DNA of 64,000 nucleotides from the NCBI GenBank assembly GCA_040954595.2, contig CM082584.2, positions 12,623,166-12,687,165 on the forward strand, read 5' to 3'. The notes beneath the pieces were generated by a model. It had not been told where the DNA came from and made no database searches. It saw only the letters and a program-made list of their open reading frames with translations. Source of the DNA: Balanoglossus misakiensis. Taxonomy: Eukaryota; Animalia; Hemichordata. Numbering within the stretch: the stretch's first letter is position 1; each line of letters opens with the position of its first letter. Shown here in pieces: positions 38,064-49,995 of this stretch. The position numbers and the translations under genes are program-made.

Positions 38064-41000
38064 ATGTATTTGTTTGTTCGGAATTTAATTCCTCCAGACA
38101 ATATGGTCTCCATTTCACCACAGTCCCTCTTGAGGGCCCAGGGACGGTGCTTTCAATGTTCTCAACACTACTACACAGGAGAAAATATTCCAAGGGCTCC
38201 CTAGAAAAAAAATCGGCTACAGTAAGCCTGGCAAGACAAGTATTTTGTACAAATGATGTCAAACGGACAAAAACATGATCTAACAAACTCCCTAGCAACA
38301 CCTATGATAGGCTACGCCAAAATGATACCATGCAGTTGCTATGTCAAGTTCTTGATCATCATATCAAGGCTACCAAGACGATCAAACGGACAAGATTCTC
38401 ACATTTCGAACTTTAAAAGGGTGTAATTCGATGCACTGTCGTGCAGTAAAGTAACTTCTGTGTAAATGAGGGGAAATGGAAAGATTTCGCGCGAAGATCA
38501 AAGGCACCTCCTCGATCGGTGGGTGTAGCTCCTGGTGAAAGGGAAAGTCGAAGGCCGGAAATCTCAATTTGTTGCTACGCTGGTTCCACATCTATATACT
38601 AAATTGACCGAATCGGGCGACATAATTCCCACCACTTACATGCAATGACTGTCTAGTATGTGAAGTCGCGGTACACAATAAAAAAGAAGGAATAGAAACG
38701 GTAGATTTAATTGGCCTTAAATTGAAGTTAATCTCAACCCGAAGTAGTCAGAATGGCGGTGGTATACTTGACGTCGCAAGGCATGTGGGTAAGTGGGCGC
38801 CCTGGGGGCAGAGCTCAAAGACTGGCACCATATTGCTAAAACAGGACTGAAAACATTGAAAGCGACAGTTCGATCACACACACACTCATGTCAAAATAAT
38901 GTGATTGACAAGTCGACGTCAATGACGCTCCCACTATGCCCGCAGCCAACTTGACGTTGAACAGGGTGGCTTTTTCTTCAATGTATGCGATTTTTAATGC
39001 GATCTTGACATCGACCGAAAGGACCATAAAACTCGCCAGGTTGTCCCCCACTTTAACATGGGTAGAGAAAACTTCATGAACACATGCAGGGTTTCCTTAA
39101 ACGCAAGAATTTTGTCATTATGATCTTAGCAACATCCATTTCACTGTTTTAATTGCTTTCCTACCACTGAACATTTAGTTTTAAAAGTAGTATTCGAGAC
39201 GTGCCGATCTGTAATGACTGTTCGATGTACAGTCGTTCTGCACGATTTCACTCCAAATGGATACGAGACGTTATTAAAGGGATGGTGTCGATTATGAGAG
39301 CTTGGGAGAAAATCGCGACTGAAACAAGTCTGGGTATGTCAATGAATTTATTGTCTTTCTGGTGGTGAGTGAATAGAGGGTTTTCTTTTCGGTCCCGTTG
39401 CGACTGTTCCGTTTGAATTGGTCGCAAAAACAACCGACAAGGCTGAGAAAAGGAAGACTTGCTCGTGGGAAGGACTGGGCGGTGCCGATTAATGCGGACA
39501 CACGTAAACGCGGAGTGGCCAGACAATAGAGATGAGTCGTAGTCTGTTCTGTCATTGTGTGTTCAAACAATGCTCATCGTGCGCTTTTTTATGTCAATCA
39601 CTACACCGACATGTCCAAATGTCCTTCTCTTTGAAAGGGAAGAAGTCTCCGACAAATCTAATTACTGCGAGCGTCTATGATACATCGGATGATGGGAATC
39701 GGTTGAAAAGAGGTTGCTTTAATTCGCTGATTGAGGCTCCCCCAAATGGGCGATCAGTTCCGGATGAGTTCGATTCTAAAGTCAAATTGTCGCCGGAAAA
39801 AAAGAAATCTTGTCAACGCGTATAGGAATGCGACATCCATGGATAAGGCAACAAGTATGTCACCTGTAGGTAAATTTGAAAGGGGAAAGTTGCGTTTGCA
39901 AGACGTTCGTCTATGGCTCTGTATATGATTCACAGAACACGGTTAAACGGAGAAATTTGTTCATCCAATACAGATACGGACAAACCCGAAGACGTTGGTA
40001 CGTGTGAGAGATGTCGAAAGAACATGAGCGCGCATATTCATGACCAGTAGTATAGACACCTTGATTGACAGACTCGACATTGAATCACTCTGCAGGTTGT
40101 GGTTTCTTGTTGAACAATCAGCTTGCACGATGCGGCGCAAACACCACAAAAAAATCAGTTCAACATTTGGGAATACACAAGCTTTCTTTTAAAATATACA
40201 CTCTTACAGTACAATAAAAATGCGGGCAAAACTCACAATGTCCGAATAATTAAAACGATCTTTATTATATAATAGTATAGACTCTGAAAATGATTTACAC
40301 TTTAAGTATTTTTCTAGGATTTACATATACAATAAAATCGATCGGTTAAAGAAAGTGCATGAATTTTCGCATACCCGTTTTGTGATACAATCTTGGTGAT
40401 ATGGTGGCTATACTATGTTCTATTAACTTATTATATGCCAACACAGTTTTCCAAAAACTCTATGAGAGCGACCCGAAGTTGGGAATGGGAAATAATTCAT
40501 GCGGTGAGGTTACTTGGACTCCATACAATAATATCCCGTATGGAGCTGAGGGTAATGACAACTTGCTTTTTTATTTCAAGTTTTGGGAATGATTTTTCAT
40601 GGTCAGGAGTATGCGTGGAATCTCCTGGGTTGACTGTGAAAACCTTTACCAGATTTCTTCCATGGTTGAAATTCACCTCTATTTCGCAATCGAATTCTCA
40701 GCATATAGTCGTAATTATTATGCTGTGGTTTCAGCTTAAAAGTTAAGATCAAGAAAAATAGTTTTAAATAAATCTATGGCAGTTATGTACAATAAAAAAT
40801 CTGAAAGCGTCCATCTTATGTAAAAATGGTTAAGTACCGACGCATAGGGTATGTACATATTAGTATGTGGCAAACACTCATTAACAAAAAAGAGAAACTT
40901 ATGAATAATACATCACATTGTACACACTTGTGGCGACAAATAACCCAATAAAACCTTCATGTTTTTCCCAGTTTACAGTACAGTGGAGCCTTTAAGGCTA

Positions 41001-41445
41001 CACGTTCAATTACGGCCATCCAAATAATGTCTCGTGAGCTGCCAGTTTGTCTGCTTGTAAACTCTTTGAGTTTGACGCAAGTCCGTTACCCACTGCCGAG
41101 AACACGTAAATTCCAAGACCGTGTCGGCTTGGGTCCTGGCGACCATTCAAAATAATGGAGCCGTACACAACCTCTGAATGGATGGTTTGAACTGTACAGT
41201 TAACCCCACTTTATGTACGGTCTGAGGTTCAGAGATTTTAGAATGACAACTCGACCGGGTCAACATTAGCATAAATAAATCTAGGAGCCTAGGTTGGTCG
41301 TCTGAATTTTCTGACAAACTTGCGGCGGCTGCGGCCGGCGTCGACTGTCAACATCAATGCCCCGACGTTCATAAACCCGTCGTGGACATCTTATATTCCT
41401 CTTGCCTCTTGTTCTGTTCAGTTGGCGTTTCCGAATGTTTGAGTT

Positions 41446-42402
41446 TCAGATATACGAGTGTCCACACGGCCTACAACCACACTCCTCGATTATGTCGACT
41501 TTCTTTACTCTGTTTGCTCGCCCGGGACAGGTTAACGCGACTATCTCCACTCTCGTTTTCGTCGGCGTACAATAACTGCACGATTCGAAGTTTCCATGCT
41601 CCAGTCTCGGAACGAAGAACGACCTACACTGTCCGTAGCACATTTTGTTCTTCATGAACACGCTGAGACACCCTTCGTGTTTGATCTCTTGCTCGAAAAC
41701 GGCACCAAAACACCAATCTCGTTTGATTTCTCTGGACTTCAACGGGAGGGACATCCCGTCATCGGCAGTTTGGAGAAACGCCATCGGGTTCAGGGCGGCA
41801 GCATCCTCCTGCCCATCTCTTGTGTCATCGTCTTCGAACAGCTTGGCTTTGCCGCTTGGCAGCTGCCCACCACTTGGCAAGGGTCTGCGGCCTGGTCGCA
41901 GTCCGCCTCGTGATCGCAACCCTTTTGGAGACTCATCAAGAACTTCATCATCATCGCCGTCGTCGTCATAGTCCTCATCGTCACTTCTATCGCCATCAAG
42001 ACGATCATCTGAGTCTCCACTATAAACGTCGTCATCTTCTTGCCTTTCGTGTTTCTTGTCGTTCTTTGCCGGAGACAGTCGGCGAAGAGCCGAGGCAGGT
42101 AAGAGAGTCGTCTCGACACTATTACCGCCAGTGTCTCCTCTGTGGTGACTGGGTTGTGCAGGCCGATCGTGGTCGTAAGTCTCCGTCTGCTGAGGTCCGT
42201 CAACGTCAAATCGCTGATCAAAATTGTCGATCAACGCTGCTCCGTTTTCTTCGCCAGTTTCTACGTCGTCTTTCATGTCCAAATCGGTGTCGGCGTGCTT
42301 TTGCTTCACCTTTTCAACCGACATCATCGTCAGCTGCTGAAGAGACCAGGAGTGAACGCTGGTCATCACAGCCAGGAAGACACATACAACGATTTGTCTC
42401 AT
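41446..42402 (-). CDS. DAN-family secreted cystine-knot BMP/Nodal antagonist (Cerberus/Gremlin-like), 318 aa, single coding exon
   Basis: ACCATG start at 42402 just after a splice acceptor (..TTCTGTACCGATACAG|, exon starts 42410). Signal peptide MRQIVVCVFLAVMTSVHS, a long acidic N-terminal region, and a C-terminal DAN domain KRDWC..HEGC..NKMCYGQCRSFFVPR..SCSYCTP..LTCPG..EECGCRPC. Confidence 0.92.
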   Translation of the reverse strand: MRQIVVCVFLAVMTSVHSWSLQQLTMMSVEKVKQKHADTDLDMKDDVETGEENGAALIDNFDQRFDVDGPQQTETYDHDRPAQPSHHRGDTGGNSVETTLLPASALRRLSPAKNDKKHERQEDDDVYSGDSDDRLDGDRSDDEDYDDDGDDDEVLDESPKGLRSRGGLRPGRRPLPSGGQLPSGKAKLFEDDDTRDGQEDAAALNPMAFLQTADDGMSLPLKSREIKRDWCFGAVFEQEIKHEGCLSVFMKNKMCYGQCRSFFVPRLEHGNFESCSYCTPTKTRVEIVALTCPGRANRVKKVDIIEECGCRPCGHSYI

Positions 42403-42771
42403 GGTCTTGTCTGTATCGGTACAGAAGAGCAAGAATTATCTGTTTTCTTTTGGCCTCTTCCTTCGCACAATATGACAATGGATCTGTTGAAGAAAGAACA
42501 AGGAAAACATTAATTAACCAATATTTGCAACGTCAAAAGTCTAGAGAAAGAAAAGCTATAATATTTTTGTTAGGAAATACCGCATCCTCAATACTGGCAA
42601 AAATTGCACATATTAAACTCAGGCACGATTCGGAATTCAAATACAAACATATTTCATTTAAACGTCATGAATGAAACTGACAATTCTGACACTATTTCTA
42701 ACTCTACACATTGATCCAATCTTTTGCTAGATGTTTTGTTTGATAGGATGGTTTATACGATAAATAATTAC

Positions 42772-43070
42772 CAAATAACGATTCCAGGAAAACGGATTTG
42801 CGCGCTGGTTCCCAAAGTGTGTTGTCTGACGTATTTTGGTCCGAAGTTGCCGGAACTCTAACGGGATTTGGTGGCACACGGCACGGTAAAAGTCGGTAAA
42901 TTTCTGACACGGGATTGATGTGTTGTAAACTGAACGATTCAGTGTTGACGATGGTTCCTCTAAGTTGTGTATGAGACTTCACTCGATCCCCACGTCAAAT
43001 ATATCTCCCCCAAAAACACTGTCAAGTGGTCGAAACTAAATTTGCGGCGGCCAATTCCCATTGGTCGAGC
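42772..43070 (-). promoter_or_regulatory. Putative non-coding exon 1 and core promoter of the DAN-family gene
   Basis: Minus-strand ATATATTT (~42997-43004) about 30 nt before an Inr-like TCATAC (~42970); paired CCAAT boxes at ~43051-43064; candidate donor TTG|GTAATT at 42771. Confidence 0.4.
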
Positions 43071-46000
43071 CCTTTGGGGACCTATTGTCCAGGCAAAGCG
43101 AAAGGCCACCCCTTTTAGTCACTTGGTGGATTGGACAGAGTTACGATGATATGTTGTGATACCATTCAGGTGATAATAAGTATAATTGGATTGGATTCAG
43201 TGAATGGACTGTCTGACGCATAGCCGCTACGCGCGGACTGACCAGCGCCATTTGTGTATAGAAGTGGTGCCAGCCACATGGCCACCAAGGTTGACTGCAT
43301 CCACACCGCAATCAACACTGAATAGACAGGGCGCAAAAGGCAGTAAAATTCCTACAACTCGCATTATGCTAATGTCAACATCGCCAGGGAAATGAAGTGA
43401 CTTCTTTCTGATAGCATCATCATATTGGTACAGAGGCAATGTACTTGCTTCCCCTCTGGCTATTTAGACACACTACCGCTGACATTTTAAGTAAACGCGA
43501 ATAGTTCTTCCTCAGGCAATGAAATGTGAACCGCCCAACTTTTTTTGTGAAAGTTTCTCTTAATAAGTACATAATAGAAGGCTCCCTTTCCGTGGGCTTT
43601 AAATTTAAGCCGCATATTTTCTGTCAGTGTATGGAATTAAATGCTCGTTCGCAAGACATGGAATTATTGGCGGAAATTGTTTAAAATAATTAAGGCCAGT
43701 TATGCAATTGGTGAGATTCTCACAAAAATCCAAAGTATCTTTGGTTTAGTGGGCAATCTAGCGATCACTTCAATTAAGTTCACCCCCCCCCCTTCGGCGC
43801 GCTAAATCGGTCACGATACGTGCTAACCCATCCAAAACACCAGCTTATTTTTTGTGTGAAGTCACGTCAGACAGATGTTAATACAACGCGTCTGTCGGTA
43901 GCTGTGAAATTGACAAATCGTCGAGCTCCTCATCCTTTAATTTAATTACAGAATGGCTGCATCCGACAAAGTCTGCGGAAATACAACATGGGTGGCGACA
44001 GGATCTCCAATCAGCGCTGACACCTTTTTATCTTTCGTGGCCACGAACACCAACACTGAATGAATGGCCCCCGTTCTTTGTCCACTAACAGCACCCACGA
44101 TATCTCCCGTGGAATCGGTCAAATGCCAATGTGGTTTCTAAATCGAGGCAGTGGACGTGAATGGGTGAATTCAAACAGACAGCCATTGAAGACACTTCTG
44201 TCCGAGGAAACAATCCATTTCCTATCCAACGTGTTGATTTATAGTCAGTTTTTTCATCCCCTTTTGACAACTTTGCACGTCCGCGGAAATATTCGCTCTG
44301 TGACCCATCGACATGTTCCATTTTCGAGTCAGAAACAATTGTTGGACCGATTTAAATTTAAAACAAAGTAAGTTTATCCGAAAAAAAAAGATTTTAACAC
44401 TAAGTCGCATAACCAGCTATTATGACTAGTACATGTACTTGGAAAGATAATTGAATTACGATTTTTCAGTTCATGGGGGTCGTGTATAACATCCTTCTGG
44501 ACAAAATCAGATTAAGTTATCAGCGTATACAAGTGACCCTTTTCTAGGGATGCGAAGTGATAAAACTCTAAAGAAAAAAAAAGTTGTTCTTCTTCTTTAG
44601 TAACTTTACCTAATTTTAAATTCTTGTAAAATGTGTCGGACCAAATACCACGACAAAAAAGTTATTCACGAATAATTATGCTAAGACCACACGCATTTGG
44701 TTAAAATAACACATTATAATTGTTGCGTCAAAACTTAAGGTTGTTTGTGTAACGGTCCGAGGTCTAGTACGGATCTTTTTCTCCGGCCAATAATAAGTGA
44801 ATCTCCCGTTAAGAGGGATTCAAGGAATACTTGAAACCGGAACTTGGTGTCCTTACCTTGGACAAGAATTTGCCAATCAGCGCCAGAACTGCTTACAGCT
44901 AGTCGGTGCTCGATGTTACAATTTAGCTGTGCGCTTACTCAAGAGAGCAGAAAGCGGACAACACAACCAAATAGGGAGCGAACGCCACAGACAAGCGATG
45001 GAGACATATTGAAAAAGCCAAGCCATTATATGGCGCCAGGTTGAAACCATGCAGTTGTCAACATGAAGAAAGGGAACAAAGCAGCTAAAGAGTGTATCTA
45101 TATCTGGCATTGTGGGCTCAGACTATGGCAGCCATTGTGGTCATTCTTCAAACACTGTTAACATCGTCATTGTGCGATCTTTATCAAGGTGTCGACCCTT
45201 TGTCCTTTAACTTCTTAACACCCCTTAATAGGCCTTTAGCCAACTCCCACTGAAAGGGACTGCCTTGCCAGAGTTGACGTTCTCAAGACGTTTTATACGT
45301 TGCCAGCGGCACCAAAATGCACCGCTTTTTAATGACAGACCGCTACAGTTTCAAACAGTGACCGGAAAGGCGACACCATGCTCCGACCGCTGAAGCCAAT
45401 CTTGTTTACAACCGTTGGTATGGAAACGTGCTGTCCGCAGCGGTGATGTTTGCGTCGTCGGATTTGTCCCTTTCTACTTAAAATGGTAATTAGCCGGACC
45501 CGATTACTTTGACGCACTTGCCATGGTTACAAAATCTTGATGGCCACTGCATACCGCACTTTTTGGTGGTTCGGTCTCTTTATGAGTAATTTAAACACAC
45601 TTTTGTGATCTTTCTGAGGTGTTCTTGTGAAATTCCACGTCGGTGACAGGGAGTCCCTGGCGCCCATCCTTTCTCTGAGTTTTTAATGTCGGTACGTCAG
45701 TGTCTGGTTTGTGAGACGCATTTATGGCCAGACTGTCCGTCGATGGTCTCTCGGTAATCACACGGTTTTTGCCAGGCTTTGTTCGATGACCAGAAACATC
45801 CGGCGGACTACACGTAAACAGTAATTTATTTTTTGTTTGTTTCTGCGAATTACCAACAACAGGGTTAACCCAAAAGACGCCCAGGATCCTTCAGTAGTTT
45901 ACCCAAGCGACGTCAGGCTTTCATTCATTGCATACACATACGTGACCCATGTCGACTACACACTGACGTATAGGTAGATGCTTGGTCGTTGAAGGAACCC

Positions 46001-47244
46001 TGTCGCATTTTTTCGTTATAAGACAATTCAAAATAATCCACAACTAACATTAAAAAGCGATACTTCATCTATCAAGCATTTTTCCTTGGACACACACTTC
46101 AAGAAGCCTACTATGCGCCTTTTGAGTTTACAGTAAAACTACAAGACTAGTCAAAGCATTGGTTTGCTTTAATGTCACATTGGAACTCTTTGATTTACCT
46201 CAGACCATCGACGCTTCTCAAGGGTCTTTGCTCAGACATGGCAAGTGGCAGTTTTCTGAAGATCTGCGCACACAGAGGAAAGAACCGCAGAGGGAATAAG
46301 AAGCGGCACTAAAAAAGCAAAATGTTATTCTTTTAAAAGGAGTTTTTCTCCCTGGACATTCACTCTTGACGTCATCATCACATCGTCATCTTGATGCTGA
46401 TTGCTTGGCACTCGACAACAACTAAAAGAGGCAACACCCGCGATATGCAGCTTCATTTGACCTGTCAAACTGAACCGGTCAGATACCCTACTATACTCTG
46501 AGAACCGGTATGTTGTAAACAACATGGGCAGCACATGAATATGCATATACTCGGTGAATACACCTGTCTTTCAGCCCAAGATATCAACAGGCACTTGGAT
46601 CATCACCGCCGCATGAATATTTCGGATTTTTTAGTCTCAGTATCCAAAAAATAATATTTTCAATAAAAACAATTTAATCTAGAATTCTCCTGGTCATATT
46701 CTCACCAGATAACTTCAAGTCGAAATCAGCTCCTCAGACTGACTGTATAACATGGAACAAGATCATGTACATGCGGACTGAAAGATTCGTCACCCGAGGG
46801 CGCCATCTCCATGGTCTCCGGGACCGGGAGCCTCGAGTGCTCTATTCTTTCATGCATGTACTGGTATCATTTACTTCTGATCCGTTTTAAAGCAGTTCTA
46901 AAAATTATAGGGCGGAGACTTTGATCAAAATTTCATATTTTGTAGACATACGGTATTTGAGAAATTTGACACATATTCAGCGACAGAGCTGCAGTTGGCC
47001 GTCATGATCATCGCCTGTCAAATTTTAAAATTGATGAACAGAATTGAAGAGATCAGTGTAATTAGTGGAAGTTATCTGATAGTGACGTGATAGTGAGAAT
47101 GATGGATAATGCTATCACAAAACGACATGTGTCAGTTTCACAAAATCTCACCACTATCACCAGCAAAATGTTCGGGTTGAAGTTCGAGACGCCTTTCTTG
47201 TACGTACAACGAAAAGGCGGAAGTACGCCCACCTGTCGTAAACT

Positions 47245-47360
47245 TTCAACCAATCAGCAGCCGGTTTGGATTACTTCCGCGATGACACTTGCAGCGGCGT
47301 ATTTGATTGGGCACATGCTGTCTCGCACCTGACTGGTTGGCAACATCTATATGAAATCGA
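47245..47360 (+). promoter_or_regulatory. Core promoter of the TGF-beta-family gene
   Basis: CCAATCA (~47250), TGATTGG (~47304) and TATATGAAA (47348-47356), about 180 bp upstream of the ATG. Confidence 0.5.
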
Positions 47361-47533
47361 AGTCGTGCTAGTGATGTTTATTTCAGATTCTGGTCTCTAA
47401 CTTCGCTTAACTGCAGTCACCAGTGAAGTACGTTATCAAGAGAAGTCGAAATAACATTAAGAGAATACTTTCCATCTTACTTAACTTCATCGCTGCAAGA
47501 AGAACGGCGTGAGTAAGAGGGAAGAGTTTAGAC

Positions 47534-49995
47534 ATGTTCAAATCAGTCATCGGCTCGAATCTTTTCTTCTTGGCTGTCTTCTCTGCCGTCAGTCCAACTG
47601 ACCATGTCGCCGCCAAATCTAGCAGTGATGTCGGACACACAAGACATTCAGGCCATTCATTCGGGGACAGAGGTGAGTTTCCGCCCGAAATTACCGAAGC
47701 AGAATTTGACGGCATGATGCCGACGGCCCTGCTCTCCGAGAAGAAAATCGAACCACCGCAGTACATGTTGGATGTTTATCAACAATTGGCAGAGTTACCG
47801 ACCGCGACCGAATCCAAGCAAGATTTTCAACATATGCAGGACATGGATCGTCACCAACAGGACACTTTCGGTGTCGGAAACACAGTAAAGGGATATCGAA
47901 TGACCAAAGGTACGATTTAATACACGCTTGCAATTTTTCCACGTGCATGGAGCCGGGTCGAACGTGTGTGCATGTTCATTTCAGTTTCCCTCAACTTCAC
48001 TTCAGGAAAACTTGTATATTTTCCGTTGCGAATTGAACGTATAAGCGCCTATTTTACAACTTCTACAGACAAAAAATTACTGCGGCTTTCGTTCTCCAAA
48101 GCTAGTAAAGCGTAATTTTGACAGAAAAAGTCACATACGTACATTTTACAGGCAAAGGGAAAATTTTCAACACTCGCTGATATAATATCAGGTACGATAA
48201 TGTAGGTCACATACCGGGGTCACATATCATGAATGAAAACAATAGAAAGTCAAGTCAATTCAGCCTGCCAAAATGTGTATGGTTTTCCTCATGCACTGAA
48301 CCGTAGAAGGAAAACTGACAAAAGTTCACCTAGGCTGTGATAACAAGCTGAATACTGGGCATGTCAAATGTTGTGGGGAGTAGAACAAGAAACTAGTGGT
48401 TACGAAATATGGTGCACAGAATACCTACACTGCAGATATTATCAAAATTTATATAGCATTACACCAACCTAAAGTGCAAAGATAGATAAACAAATTCAAA
48501 TGGCAAATAAAAATACAAATGTTCTCAGAAAAGTTGTGTTTACAAAGTTTCCAGAGTGGAAAGTTGTCACATTTTATTTTGTTTGTAGCAACTTATTTGG
48601 CAACAATGATGAGAAAATGACTTCTTACCTTTTCTTCAAAGTCAAACCAAATGCAATTTCTTGCCCCAAATAATAAAAGTTTACCTAACATCTCTGATCC
48701 TCTGTGTTCATTCTGACATTGGACACACCATTTTCTTTATAAAACACATGGAGAACTTCTGGCCTTTCCTGTAAAGTGTGACAGAAAGATCTCCATGAAA
48801 ATGCCGGCCCATGAAACAGCATATATCAGAACTAATACATCCTGTTAGTTTTACAAGCAGCTGCTTATCAACTTGTAGAAATGATAAACCAATCCACATC
48901 TAATTGACAGTAACAACTGGTGTCTGACAGATGATTCCTAACCAGTGTGCTCCTACATGACGTGCCACTGACTCAACAAACTCAAGAAAATTTCCCACAC
49001 AATTGCACTGCATGGTCATTACTGGAACTCTTAATCACAAATATTACTCCTTTGTTGACATACTCCCAGAAAGTCTTGAAAATTTGGTGATGTTGAACAT
49101 ATTAATGTAAATTCCAGTTTTTCATCCTAATAATTTCATTTTTACTCTCCCCCTGTTAGGAAAGGCCAAACACCATCAAAAGCTATTGGAGCTGAACTTC
49201 AAAGTTGGTCCTATCAACGATGACGATGTTACTGCCGCTGAAATCGTGATCATCCGAAACACATCCAGCAATCTTTGGAGTGAACACGATGATCTGAGTC
49301 TTCTGTTCAAAGAGCACAGAGTTGGAGAAGTGGTGTATTCCACACAAAGGATGTCCAAGTACGACGTATTTGAAGTGTCTGAGGATTTCAGAAATTGGCT
49401 GAGGAAGAGGGGAGGTAAAAATGCCGTCTACAAAGTTCAGCTGCAGCTCCCCCAAGAGGATGGGTCTGATTCTCCCCCAGCGCAAAGTTCGAGCAAGCTG
49501 TTCGATTTTACGCTTGCTTTCCAGGACGACCCACTGGTGGTGGTCTATACAGGTCTGAAGCCGCAGGACACTTTGTCATCAAACACGACTCGGCAAGGTG
49601 ACGCATCAGGGCATTCTGTCATCAAGCGACAGACAGAGAGGAAGAGAGGGATGGCCAATAAGGCTCTACTGAGTGACGACTGCCGACTGTATCCACTACA
49701 GGTAAATTTCAAGGAGATTAACTGGAATAATGTACTTCTTCCAGACTCTTATGATGCTGGTTACTGTCGAGGCAAATGTCCGCGTGGTGTGTTGAACAGT
49801 CATTTCAACGCTACTCGACACACTTGGATAATAAATCGGCTGCGCGATTCTGGTCATTCAAGTCTTCGGGTTCCACGCATACGCTGTGTGCCAATCACCT
49901 ACGACCCGCTAGTGGTCCTCTACATGAACTATGATTCCGTCACTACAGTTGACCGTTGGGAAGATATGAAAGTAACGCAATGTGGTTGTCGGTAG
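47534..49995 (+). CDS. Divergent TGF-beta superfamily ligand (BMP/GDF-type precursor), 403 aa, exons 47534-47909 and 49160-49995
   Basis: Signal peptide MFKSVIGSNLFFLAVFSAVS; prodomain motifs PPQYMLDVY, GNTVKGY, VTAAEI and DPLVVVY; phase-1 GT-AG intron; mature cystine knot CRLYPLQVNFKEINW..YCRGKCP..RCVP..EDMKVTQCGCR*. Confidence 0.93.

Noticed and set aside
38300-40150. Short ORFs between RAD54L and the DAN-family gene
   Set aside because: No recognisable domains or consistent splice pattern; probably regulatory DNA or decayed repeats.
41820-42674. 284-aa plus-strand ORF antisense to the DAN-family gene
   Set aside because: Shadow ORF of the GC-rich, Asp-rich coding strand; non-ATG start and no recognisable domain.
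43310-48898. FoxH1-type AATMMACA motifs at 43310, 44232, 46035 and 48891, suggesting Nodal responsiveness
   Set aside because: This degenerate AT-rich 8-mer is expected every few kb by chance, the sites are not tightly paired, and FoxH1 presence in this organism is unknown.
47534-49995. Calling the ligand Nodal, Lefty, ADMP or BMP2/4
   Set aside because: It lacks their diagnostic motifs (Nodal YNAYRCEG/PTNHA/CCAP, ADMP PTNHATVQSI, Lefty helix deletion and C-terminal extension), so no gene symbol was assigned.
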